Assembly (NCBI GenBank): GCA_965178125.1
Contig: OZ237769.1
Coordinates: forward strand, 310,001 to 374,000
Origin: Bilabrum cf. latius
Lineage: Eukaryota
Reading direction: 5' to 3'
Length of the DNA stretch: 64,000 nucleotides
The position numbers and the translations under genes were made by a program. Shown here piece by piece: positions 53,080-64,000 of the stretch; within the stretch, counting starts at the first letter, position 1; each line of letters starts with the position of its first letter. The notes beneath the pieces are model-generated. The model searched no databases. It was not told the origin of the DNA and saw only the letters and a list, made by a program, of their open reading frames with translations.

Positions 53080-53358
53080 GGGTGCGCCCGATTGAGGTGG
53101 GCTCGGGGGGGGGCGGAATGTGTCGAGCACAGAAGCGGAGGAAGACTTGGCTACCTTGATGCCCATTCATTGCGCATTGGTGCCTGTGGCGCTGAGAGAG
53201 TGAGCGTAGGCGATGGAACACGCCTTGGATCTAAGTTGTTATCTTCATCACATCCGAGTGGACACTCGTCACATATTCTGTCTGCATCCGTGGATGCACC
53301 GCCGCCTCCCACAAACGAACTAAACCGATTATTCTTAAATCAGCAAGAGTATTATCGT

Positions 53359-55420
53359 ATGTCACGATGGGGCCCCGCTAGTGGAACCCGCGATACCGGC
53401 GCGGATGAGAGTGAGACAATGAATGTCCCAGCACTTGGGCATGTTTGCATGGTTCCAACCGACATTACTTATGGCCCATTGATACATAGTGCAATCTAGC
53501 GATACGATAGCACTGTATTCGCTTTCCACAGATGTCAGCAAGCGAAAAAGATCAAGATGGGGAGCACCATCCTCAATTAGCGAGGCTGGTGATAGCACGG
53601 GTGGCCAGCCGCAGCCTCAAAATACGGTAGTGGCGATGAATTAGCAACACCAACTCAAAGATTCGTCTAGTTTTACAACTCCAGCCCTGCCCGGGCAGGC
53701 AGTACATTTGGCCCAGCTTCCAGTATCGAGTAGCAGCAGCTATCAGCCTCACTAGGCTGCAAGCACCCTGCCAGGGCAGACATACTACCAGCAGCAAAAC
53801 CACGGACCAAGCGATAGGGAAGCGCAATCATCCCACCAGCACGGCACGATCAGCCCGCATGGGCATACGATGCACCACCACTTCAACCCACAGCCGGGAG
53901 GCCCAAGCCCAGGCCAAGCCGGCGCCGCCCCATGGCAGGCCACCGCGCACTCATCACACCATTTCGGGGGCAACTCCCACGTGCTTTCACTGCCCTCTGC
54001 TGCCACTGGCACAGGCATTATGATGCACCCGTCACTGCCCCCGAGCAACGCGTTTGTAGCTGCACCTCCGCTCGCGTCTGGAGTGGTGCCGCCGATAGGG
54101 ATCGGATCAGCAGGGATCGGATCAGCAGGGATCGGATCAGGTGGGAGTGCCGCCGTGCTGCCTCCATGGATCCGGCAGCACCCCGCCTGGGCAACCGGTC
54201 GAAGTGTGACGAGTTCTGGCGACGTGACAAGTGCGCTGGATCCCGGGTCGCTGCCCGTTGGGCATGCGGCAGAGGTGCTTGGATTTGCGACCAAGCAGGG
54301 CTTGAGGCGCCCTGTGGCCCCCGAAAGGATCCGGGAGCATTCGGGAGCACGCGGGTAGGGCAAGGAGCAAGAGAAGGAGAAGGAGAAGGAGAAGCAGGAC
54401 GGCAATGCGATCCCGAGTGGAACCGCAGGGAGCTCTGCTGTGACCACGTAGGATACCTTCAGCGGAACCACCGGCGCCGCGCAAGCGCACTGGCCTCCGG
54501 TGGACTTGCAGGCCCTGGCACGAGTGCCCGGCACGGTGGAGGCCGTCCGTCTCTCGGCGGCTAAGGGAATCGAACCCGGGCGGCTGGAGGCTAAACTCAG
54601 GGAGTTCTACCGAAAAGCTGAGGGGATGCGGCGGCGGTGGGCGCGCAAAGCCGAGAAGCTTGCGATGGAGGATGGTGCGGACCAGAAGGAGCAGGACGGG
54701 GCTGACTTCGGCGGGGAGGAAGAGGAGGGGGGTGGGGGTGCACTGCACGGTGGTGGGGGCGAGGGGCATCTGAAAGAGAGTGACGAGCAGTGGGATCGGA
54801 TCAAGAGGCTTGCAGGCGCATCGCACGGAAGGAGCAGCGTTTCGGCTCCGGATCATTCTGCGAGCACGGGTGCAACGGTGGTTCCAACCGCAGAGGACTT
54901 GGCAGCACTGGCGAAAGCATGCCTTGGCAGGGCAACGATCGATGGTGTGACGAGTGATGACGCTGCCCGGGGGCTGTTCGCTGCCCTTGATTCGCCATCA
55001 CGGCCCCTGCCCGCCGCAGTACTGCCCTCGAGGCTGCAGGACGTGGGGGTGGGAGTGCGTGGTGGTGTGACGAGTGCTGATGGTGATGGGCAGGTGGCAC
55101 ATGGGCCCATGCCGAGTACTAGGGCTGGCAGCATGGGCATTGGCAAGGGCATGGTCGCGGGCCTTGGAGGCGTCGAGCAGCAGGAGCAGCAGCTGGCGAT
55201 GGAGGGTGAGGGACTGGCCCTTGGGCTCGTGCGGAGGGGAGGGGAGGCAGAGTCAGAGGTCAGGAAATCCGCCCGCAAGCGGCGGGAGTGGTCCCGTCGC
55301 CAGGCAGGCTACAAGCAGAGGGTTAGAGCTGGGCAAGAGAACGAGAAGGGGAGGGGGAGGGGAAGGAACTTGAAGGGTGGAGGGGGATCGGAGCGCACGG
55401 GGCTTGGCCTCCCCGTCTGA
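53359..55420 (+). CDS. ~645-aa hypothetical protein with KRKRSRWG (ULM-like) motif, possibly splicing-associated; exons 53359-53410 and 53532-55420
   Basis: Intron 53411-53531 (GTGAGA..CAG) keeps phase; four in-frame TAGs; ends TGA. The functional hint rests only on the SRWG motifs. Confidence 0.6.
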
Positions 55421-56374
55421 GTACATCCCCGGTGTATAGGGAGTTCGTTTCGTGCATTCTCGTTCATCACCGTTGGTTTTGGGGACCGCGTCAATCGAGG
55501 ATAGGTGCGAAAGTTCTAGAGATCCAGGATCTAGCCGAAAGGTTGCAACCGGCTTGGGATCTGTCTTGCGGCGCCGGCAGCAAACGCGCCGGCATTCGGA
55601 TAATTTCAAGCGTAGCGGCTTGCTGCTTCAGTACCAGGTGCCGTAACGGTCATGTGAGTATAGCATGCTGCTTCTTCGTATCAGTGGCTTGGTGGCATTG
55701 TTGTATTTGAGAAGGAAGATTTGCGACCCGTGCTGATCCTGTTGTTTTGTCTGTGCTTCGTTCGTGCACGAAACTCGGTAGTTCAGCTGTCTGTACCTGC
55801 AATTGAGCCACTAACATGTGTTTAAGCTTGACCTTTGCATTGGGTTGCCCGTACAGGGCGCGTTCGCAAAGCTATTCAATAGACCCGTTGTGGACTGTGC
55901 AAACTTCTCTGTGTCGCACGATATCTGAGCACAAGCTTGCATCGTTACGCTTTGATACACAAATAAAGCATGATTGGGAGCTGCATGCAGCCACTGTGAA
56001 TGCTGAGCAAGGCATCTTGATCAGTTTCTGATTTCGGGGGTTGGGTTCGTTGGCTGCTAGAGTGCTCTCGGCTGCTAATGCTACCTTCTGTGGTCATGGT
56101 CACGTTTCTTTTCACGATGTGTTTATCACCAATTTGATTCGCTTGGAACTGGTCTGGATTTTCCGCATCCGAGTTGGCACCGCCGTGCCTGTAATGTCTT
56201 CTCGCAGTCCATCGCAGACTGATTACGCAAGATAGAAGAAGGATCCATCGGCACGATAACATCATTAGTAGACATAGGTTACTGCATCAGCTACTGCGCA
56301 TCCCGCTCGGCCTCACAGCCCAGCGCACCGCCGTACAGCAAGCCAGCGCGTAGCAGCCCGGCTCCTGACCTGAT

Positions 56375-59300
56375 ATGCCAAGCGAGCATGCACCGGCCAA
56401 AGGATCAGAACCGAATGTAACGCATTCACGCGCAGTGCAGGCAAACGGCGCCGCGAAGTTTCGCTGCGCAAGGCTGCACGATGATGCGTTCAACCGGCTG
56501 CAGGCCTCCTCCATGAGATTCTCAGGAAACAGCATCAGCACGGCGCGGTATTCCGTGTTTTCCTTCTTGTTCGTGAACTTGTTCGAATTCTTTCGGATCG
56601 TCGCGAACATTTACTTCCTGCTCATCTCGATTCTGTAGGTTGCGACCGACCTGTCCCCAACGAACGAGTACTCGACCATCCTGCCGCTCATTGTGGTTCT
56701 GATCATCACGATGATTAAGAACGGGATAGAGGACTACAAGAGGCACCAGGCGGACGCGGAGGTGAACGCACGGACGGTCGTCAGATCGAAAACGAGGCGG
56801 GAGATGCAGCCGCTGCTCAACCAGTGGACCGCCGAGCACGCCGCGCGGGGAAGCTAGCAAGGTTCGAGCCAGGGCCAAAACCGCACGCTACATAGCAAGT
56901 CTCACATGCTCCGATCTATCACGGACGAGCCCGCGTGGAAAGACATCAGGGTGGGCGATTTCCTCCTCGTGAAAGAAGGCGATGAAATTCCAGCGGATCT
57001 GCTCATCCTCGCGAGCAGTGAAGAGGGGGGCAAGTGCTTCACGGAAACCGCCAACCTCGACGGGGAGACGAATTTAAAGAGGAAGCAGGCGCTTAGGGCG
57101 ACCTCCGAGGCCATCGGCCAGCGGGAGACCCCGAAGGACGACCCAATCCACCCGTGGATCAAGCTGGCCAGGGGCACCGCATTGAGGGGAGAGGTTCAGT
57201 ACGAGCTACCCAACGACCGCCTCTACACCTTCGTCGGGACGATGAAACTGCACGCTACTTAGGGGCCCATCCACGGCCAAGTGCAGGCGCAGTCACCCGC
57301 CTCTGGGCCAGCCCGGCCTCTGCATGGCGGTGCAGGGGAGACTGGGGGAAAAGCGAGCGGGGAGGACCCGCTGACCATGCTGATCCCGAGGAGGAGCAGC
57401 AGCGCCTTGCAGAACCAGACAGGGCAGTCCTCTTTGGAAAGCGGCCCAAACGGCCTGCAGAGCACCGCATCCGCTGCCCCGGCTGCAACACGCACAACTC
57501 CGGGCCACGGGGACGACACTGAAGGTGCTGTTGATACAGGTGCAGGGGGGTCCATTGTTGGATCCGCCAGCACAGGTGCCATCCCGGGCAAAGGAGCAGG
57601 CGCAGGCACGGTGGCTAAACCGGAGGTGTGTCCCATCGGCCCGGAGAACGTGCTGCTTCGCGGCTGCAAACTGAGCTCCTGCGCTCACGTCGTTGGCTTC
57701 GTGCTATTCACAGGCGACGACACCAAGCTGATGCGAAACTAGAGGCAGCCTCCCTCCAAGGTGTCCAACGTCTACGCGCAGCTGAACCGCCTCATCTTCT
57801 TGATCTTCTTGGTGCAGTTCGTCCTCATCGTCATCAGCACGATCGCGTTCTTTCTGTACAGCAGGCGAGCCACAGAGCTTGCGGAAGGAGACAAGATAGG
57901 CTACTGGTATCTGGAGTCCGTGTTGGAAGGGGGCGGCGCATCCTCGGCGGTGTCGTTCATCACCTTCCTGATCCTGTACAACAACCTGGTGCCCATTTCG
58001 CTCTATGTATCGCTGGACGTGATCAAGGTCACGCAGGCCAAGCAGATCGAGATGGACAGGGCCATGGCGTACGACCCGGCAGAGGACGACCCATACCTCG
58101 CGATTGAGAGGAGAAAGAAATTCGGAATGAAAGATCAAGGAGGTGAGGGTGGTCAAACCGGCGAAGACGGTGTCGTTCGGACGGACTCAAGCCAGATGCA
58201 GGTGCCGCTCGCTGCCGCCACCGGCAGCAAATTGGACCCTGCCTCTTCAGCCGCGGCCGCTGCAAGCAGCAGCGGGGCCAGCACCCTTGGAGCGCACGGG
58301 GCCAGCTCCGGCGCTGGGGCCGATGCATCGAATAGCAACATGGCGAATGCAGACGACAGGCTGCCCCCGGCAGACAATTCGGAGCTGAAATTTGCCAAGG
58401 CCCGCACGTCAGACCTCAACGAGGACCTTGGCCAGATCCAGTACATATTCTCCGATAAAACGGTAAGTGCACGCTACTGCGGTGGACTGTCCGCGCCCCG
58501 CTTCTCAGTCTCGTGCCGCCTAATAAAAGTGATTTGCGCGCGACTCCGCATTATGCCACTACTACCCTGTGCGAGCACACTATACTGCATTCGTCTCCTC
58601 CGCAGGGCACCCTCACTCGAAACATGATGGAGTTCCGTAAGTGCTCCGTGGGCGGGATCAGCTACGGCTTCGGTACCACGGAGATCGGTCGCGCTGCGAT
58701 GCAGCGGGCCGAGCAGACGGGTGTGCAGGGCGAAAGAGACGTGCCGGGCGTGCTGCCTGGACAGATCGCGCAGCAGCTCTCCAATGCAGAGTGCGCGCAA
58801 GCCTTCAGAGACGTATCGATCGCGTTTGATGACCCCAGACTGCTGCTTCATCTCTCTGGGTTGGGAGAGGTTGGTGCAGGGAACGTCCAGGAGGAGGAGG
58901 AGGAGGAGGAGAAGGAGAAGGATGGCGGTGTTCGAGGTAGTAATGCTGTGGATGGGAGGGGTCAGGTGCAGAGCACAGCAGGAGCAGGAGAGGAGCACAT
59001 CCCCAGGGCTTGGGGAACACCCGACGGGCGACAGGCCGTGGCTTCTCCGGACGGTGTGACGAGCGAGGCGGGGGCGCTGCTCTCGTCGCCCGTAGTCTCT
59101 GAGCAGGAGGTCCCAAGCGGCGGCAAGCATGACAGCGGTGCGAGCGGCGACGCGGCTGGTGGGGGCACGGGCTTGGGCGGTGGGGGTAAAGGCGGTGACG
59201 CCGTAAAGGGGAAGGTCGGTCGCGTTGGCACCGCAGTTCCGCACGGCGCCGCGCAGCAGATTGCGGACCACATGGTTGGGTCCACGGACCCCTCCATGAC

Positions 59301-62300
59301 CGCGACGCCCAGCCAGATTAGGCTCGGGAAGCAGTCGTCACACCACAGCCACGAGCGGCGCCAGAGTCGGAACAGCAGCGGGAGCAGCAGTGCGGTCCCA
59401 TCTTCTATTTTATCTACCTTCCCCACGGATTTTCTAACGGGTCTCGAACCTGAGAGCCAGGCCATGTTGCTGGCTTCCCCGCCGGCGGGTCAGCAGCGAC
59501 GGCTGCACGATTTCTTAGTTTGTCTGGGCGTGTGCCACACGGTCATCCCAGAGAAGAGCCACAAGACAGGCAAGCTGGTCTTCAGGGCCTCCTCCCCCGA
59601 CGAAGAGGCCCTGGTCAAAGCGGCGCAATGCCTCGGGTACGGGCTCGTCACTTCGGCTCCCGAGGTGTCGCTTCGCCTCGGGGCAGCCGGGAAAGCGGCG
59701 GCGCTGGCTGGGTTGCAGGGTGCAGGGCACGGTAGTGCAAATAAGGATGCGTCCTAGTCCTCCCTATTGGAGAGACTTGGATTTGTGATCATCGGGGTCA
59801 ATGAGTTCAACAGCGACCGCAAGAGGATGAGCGTCGTGGCCCGGCGGAGAGACCCACGAACGGGCCAGCTGCTGCCGGGGGGAGTGCTATTCTGCAAAGG
59901 AGCGGACAACAAGATGCTTGAGCTCATTACGAATTGGACCATGGACGCAGGGTCGTTGTCTAGGACCAGGCAAGGGCAAGAGTAGACGAATGAGACCGTG
60001 CATGCAGCCGACCGCGGCAGTTCCAGCGACCAGAAGGCGGTGCTCATCTAGCACCTCAAGCAGTTTGCCCAGGAGGGCCTGAGGACTCTCGTGTGCGCCA
60101 AGCGCGAGCTCACTGAGGATTAGCTACTGGCCTGGGAGGACATGTACCACGAGGCAGCGGCGGCTCTGGAGAACAGGGACGAGAGACTGTCGGAAGCGGC
60201 TGCAGTGGTAGAGCAGGGCATGTCGTTCGTGGGTGCGACAGCGATCGAAGATAAGCTGCAGAAGGGCGTGCCCGACACCATCGCCACACTTGCGCGAGCA
60301 GGGATCAAGATCTGGGTCCTGACGGGAGACAAGGTGGAGACTGCGGTGAACATTTCGTACGCGTGCCGGCTGTTCTATCAGGGAATGTCAAGGCTTCACA
60401 TGACCCTGGAACACGTGCAGCTTCCGTCAGACGAACAGCAGCAGCAGCAGCCGTAGCAGCAGCAAGAAGACAAGAGTGAATCACGCGGTGATTAGCAGAA
60501 GACAGATGCCCCGGCGAATGCGGTTGGCGACACCGACGCACAGCAGGGCAACTCATCCAAGCGCCGGTACAGCGGCGGCCGCACGGCTCGGGTCGTGCCT
60601 GCCAGCACAGTTGAAGTGGCCGGAGCCGGAGCAGGCGGACAGATAGACAGCGATGACGGCATCGAGCATGACGAATCCGCGGCGGCCATGGCCAAAGAGG
60701 CAAAGCAGAAGCAGAGGCTGCTGCGGCTGCAACTGCTGCACGTGAGGGAACAGCTGCAGACGCTGACTAGGGACCCACGGGCCCCGTGCAGGCCGCATCT
60801 CTTGCGGCAGGGTCTGCTGACTCGTGCTGAGATCGAGCAGCCTATCGCCGCCGGTTCCCTCGTGCGTGTCGGCAGCATGACCAGCGAGGTCAACGGCTAG
60901 ACGCGCACCCACAGGGACGCTGAAGGACACGCGAAGGACGCCGCCAAGCTGGACGTGATGGAGATGAAAGACGCCCAAGCTCTCGCCCAGACTCTCGCCG
61001 ACAGCTCCAGCGACCTGCCTGAGCTCGGCCTCGTGCTCAGCGGACAGTACCTGACCGTGGTCTTCCACGGCATGTCTAGCGAGAGCGAGAAAGAGAAGCA
61101 ATTGTCCAAGCAGCTTCTCCATGACCTGCTCCGAGTAGCCAGGTGCTGCAAGGCCGTTGTTGCGTGTCGCGTGTCGCCCAAGCAGAAAGCCGCAGTGGTC
61201 CGAATGGTGCAGCAGGGCGTGAGTCCCAGGCCGCTCACGCTGGCGATCGGCGACGGCGCCAACGACGTAGCAATGATTCAGACGGCGCAGGTGGGGGTGG
61301 GGATCAGCGGACAGGAAGGCGTTCAGGCTGTCAACTCGTCCGACTACGCCATCGCGCAGTTTCGGTATCTGCGGCGACTTCTCCTCTGGCATGGGAGGAT
61401 GAACTACCAGAGGATATCCAGGACCATCCTCTATTCGTTCTACAAGAACGTGACCCTCGTAATGGTGCTCTTCATCTTCAATTTCTGGAACGCATTCAGC
61501 GGAACGACGTATTTCGAGTCGTTCGTGCAGGCAGGGTGGAACTTCTTCACGGCCCTGCCCATCCTGGCCGTCGGTATTTTGGACTATGACGTCCCGGCCG
61601 ACCAATCAGAGCAGCTGCCCGGGCTGTACCCTGATGGACAGAAGGGCAATCAGCTGAACCTGTTCCAGTTCGCCCGCTGGATCGCGAATGGCACGCTTCA
61701 CGCGGTGCTTGTGTTCTTCCTGACCATGCCCGTGGTGTCAGACACACCCTGGGACCCGAATGGAAAGACGGACGGCCTCTTTAGCTACGGCCTGGGCGTG
61801 TACGCCTGCCTGATGTTCACCATGCAGCTCAAGGTCATGCTGCTGGCGCGCGTATGGACGTTCTGGTTCGATCTAGCGATGCTGCTGTCCTTCTTCATGT
61901 TCTTTTTGTTCTGCGTGGTGTACGGTTTCTTTGCCGACGTGGTCAGCGCCGACTTTATATACGTCCCGTTTGTCGTGTTCCGCTACCCGCGGTTCTGGTT
62001 CCTGACCGTCTTTGTGCCCGTCGCCACCATCGCGATCGACTTCGCTCTGGAGGGCTAGAGGGAGGGGTGGTACCCCTCCATCGCAGGGGAGTACAGGACG
62101 TGGGTGGTGGGCAACGGGCTGGCTGGGTCCTGGGACTAGAAGAAAGAAGAAGAGGAGGAGGAGAGGAGGCTAAAGAGCAAGGCAGGGACACTGGGCAAAG
62201 AGCGCGCAGGTGGCAAACCAAGCGAAGTAGAAGGGGACGCTGCCGCTGGTGCTGATCGCCCAGCATCGGACGACGCTTTCGACGGACTATGCTGCTTCCA

Positions 62301-63849
62301 CTGCTGCATGCGAGAGGCACCTGAGCCTTTGCAGACCAGCAAGCTCAATGCGGGCGTGCTCATGCCGCAGACACCGCTCTGGGACCTGGCTGCCGCGCAG
62401 GGCAGGCTTCATGCAGATGACCTGCGCCTGGTGGATGGGACCGGCGGGGGCGAGGGTGCAGGGCACGGTGGTGCTACGGCGAGTGGGTAGGAGGGTGGCA
62501 AGCTGCAAGTGCAGGTCATGCCTCTTCCCACCAAGGGCAATAGCCCGGCTGGCGCCCCATACGGGTCACCGTCCCAGGCGGACAAGGCTGCAGCGACCAG
62601 CAAACAGCAGGGCAACAGCAACAGCTGGGGGAACACCGGAAGTAGGGCGCCTCGGGCTTTGGATCATACGACGGTATCGCACGGGCAGTCTGCAACAAGT
62701 GCGTTCGGTCAGTCCGCTGTGGCTTCAGCCATGGGCTCGTCTGCGCTGGGCTCATCCACCTTGGGCAACCTTCCTCAGGTGTCCCCCTCTGCACGTCCTG
62801 TGACCACCACGGATGGGTCCAGCAGCGGGCCCCCATCGAGCAAGGGCAACTCTGCGAGTAACGCCACCGCTACCGGCACCGGCGACACACCTGGTGGCCA
62901 AACCGGCAGCACACCCGGTGGTCCTCTGGATGCAGCCCGGGACACTGACGGGCTGACTGCGGTGGAGAGGCAGAGGAGCAGCGGGGAGGACGGGCAGGAC
63001 ACGGCCGCGCTCAGGGAACAATGGAAGCTGCAGCAGCAATAGCTGATGGAGGAGGGTGCAGGGAACGGTAGTGCGGCTTCTGCAGAAGCGAGTCACGGGG
63101 CGCAGTCGTTCACAGGCAGCATCACGTCGAGGACGGCTCTTCCAGACCACTGCGCCCCCGCATCGGGGTCCGGCGGAAGGGGGCGGGCGAGGTCGGCCGA
63201 GATCCAGGAAGCATCCGGAATCGATAGTACGGAGAGCTCCGCTGGTGCAGTGCACGCCACGCTGCACCAGACCAGGACGTGGTTCGGGCCTTCCTATAGG
63301 GCACCGCAGGGCAGCAGCTTCTACAACCGTACATGGCGCTCGAGCGGCGTGGGGGCGGGCCATGGGTCTGATTTGGAGCACAGCATGGGCGTGCACGACG
63401 GCGGGGACCATCTTGGTTTCGATTTCAGCGCGGCAAACACGTCTAGTTTCTTCGCGGCGGGTAAGGGCAAGGGCAAGGGCAGGGGCAAGGGAAGGAAGGC
63501 CAGTGGCAGGGCGGGAGGGCTGGGACCGGGGCATCAAGGGGCAGGGGGCGTTGCTCTCGTGGCGATGAGCGCGGGAGCGGCGAGAGGCTCGCGAGTGAAG
63601 CGGGCGGGTTTGTCCAGGTCTGCTTCCATGGGTACCATGGACGTGAAAGGGGGCGGGGCTGGCGGCCCCGCCACGATACCGGAAGTGGACGAGGGTGACG
63701 GCGGCGCGGCGCCGTCGGGGCGGAGCAGCCGGCAGGACCGTGGCAATCTCGATCGGTCTTCTAGGATGTCGAATTCTGCCAGGGCGCCCTCGTTGCGGGC
63801 ATTCACGGAACAGGTTGAAATCAAGGCGCCACTGGCGAAGGAGGACTGA
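56375..63849 (+). CDS. P4-type ATPase (phospholipid flippase), ~2440 aa; exons 56375-58462 and 58606-63849
   Basis: Motifs NSISTARY, ANIYFLLISIL(TAG), ETANLDGETNLK, PISLYVS, FSDKT|GTLT split by intron 58463-58605, SSPDEEALV, EFNSDRKRMS, KGAD, GLRTL, EDKLQ, LTGDK, CRVSPKQKA, AIGDGANDV. About 15 in-frame TAGs; ends TGA. Confidence 0.95.
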
Positions 63850-64000
63850 GAGCATCGCGTGGGCCGCATCCAGGAGCTAGCTTGAAGGTATCTTTTATCA
63901 GAATTGTATGCATCGGAGCATACCTGTGAATGAGTCATCAGCCACTTTAATATGTTTTGAGGCAAGTGTTTATGTAGTACATCGATATTTTCAGCTCCAG

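Noticed and set aside
62058-63849. P4-ATPase-guanylyl cyclase fusion as in alveolates and oomycetes
   Set aside because: The C-terminal tail is low-complexity, with no further TM cluster or cyclase motif before the TGA at 63849.

Overview
GC-rich, gene-dense eukaryotic nuclear DNA (protist-like; taxonomy cannot be fixed from this window) with short GT-AG introns. The main result is a non-standard nuclear genetic code. The fragmented ORF track joins into about 14 genes once TAG is read as a sense codon, most likely Gln. I counted by hand more than 70 in-frame TAGs and no internal in-frame TAA in the well-supported genes, and nearly all genes end in TGA. Re-translated contents, in order: a ZnF-UBP sirtuin; a secreted/GPI-like protein; a THH1/TOM1-like membrane protein; a ~2970-aa EF-hand protein; a ~5340-aa membrane pseudo-cyclase fused to a split AGC-type kinase; a ~1670-aa orphan; tRNA-Met with an inverted copy of its 5' half; a 92-bp G-rich satellite whose last unit is split by a 5.5-kb block (PIP5K plus a MINDY pseudogene); three tandem paralogs sharing an unrecognised domain; and a P4-ATPase. 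A 12-mer, GTGTGACGAGTG, is strongly over-represented inside coding sequence on both strands and in several frames. All coordinates and counts were derived by hand and should be verified.
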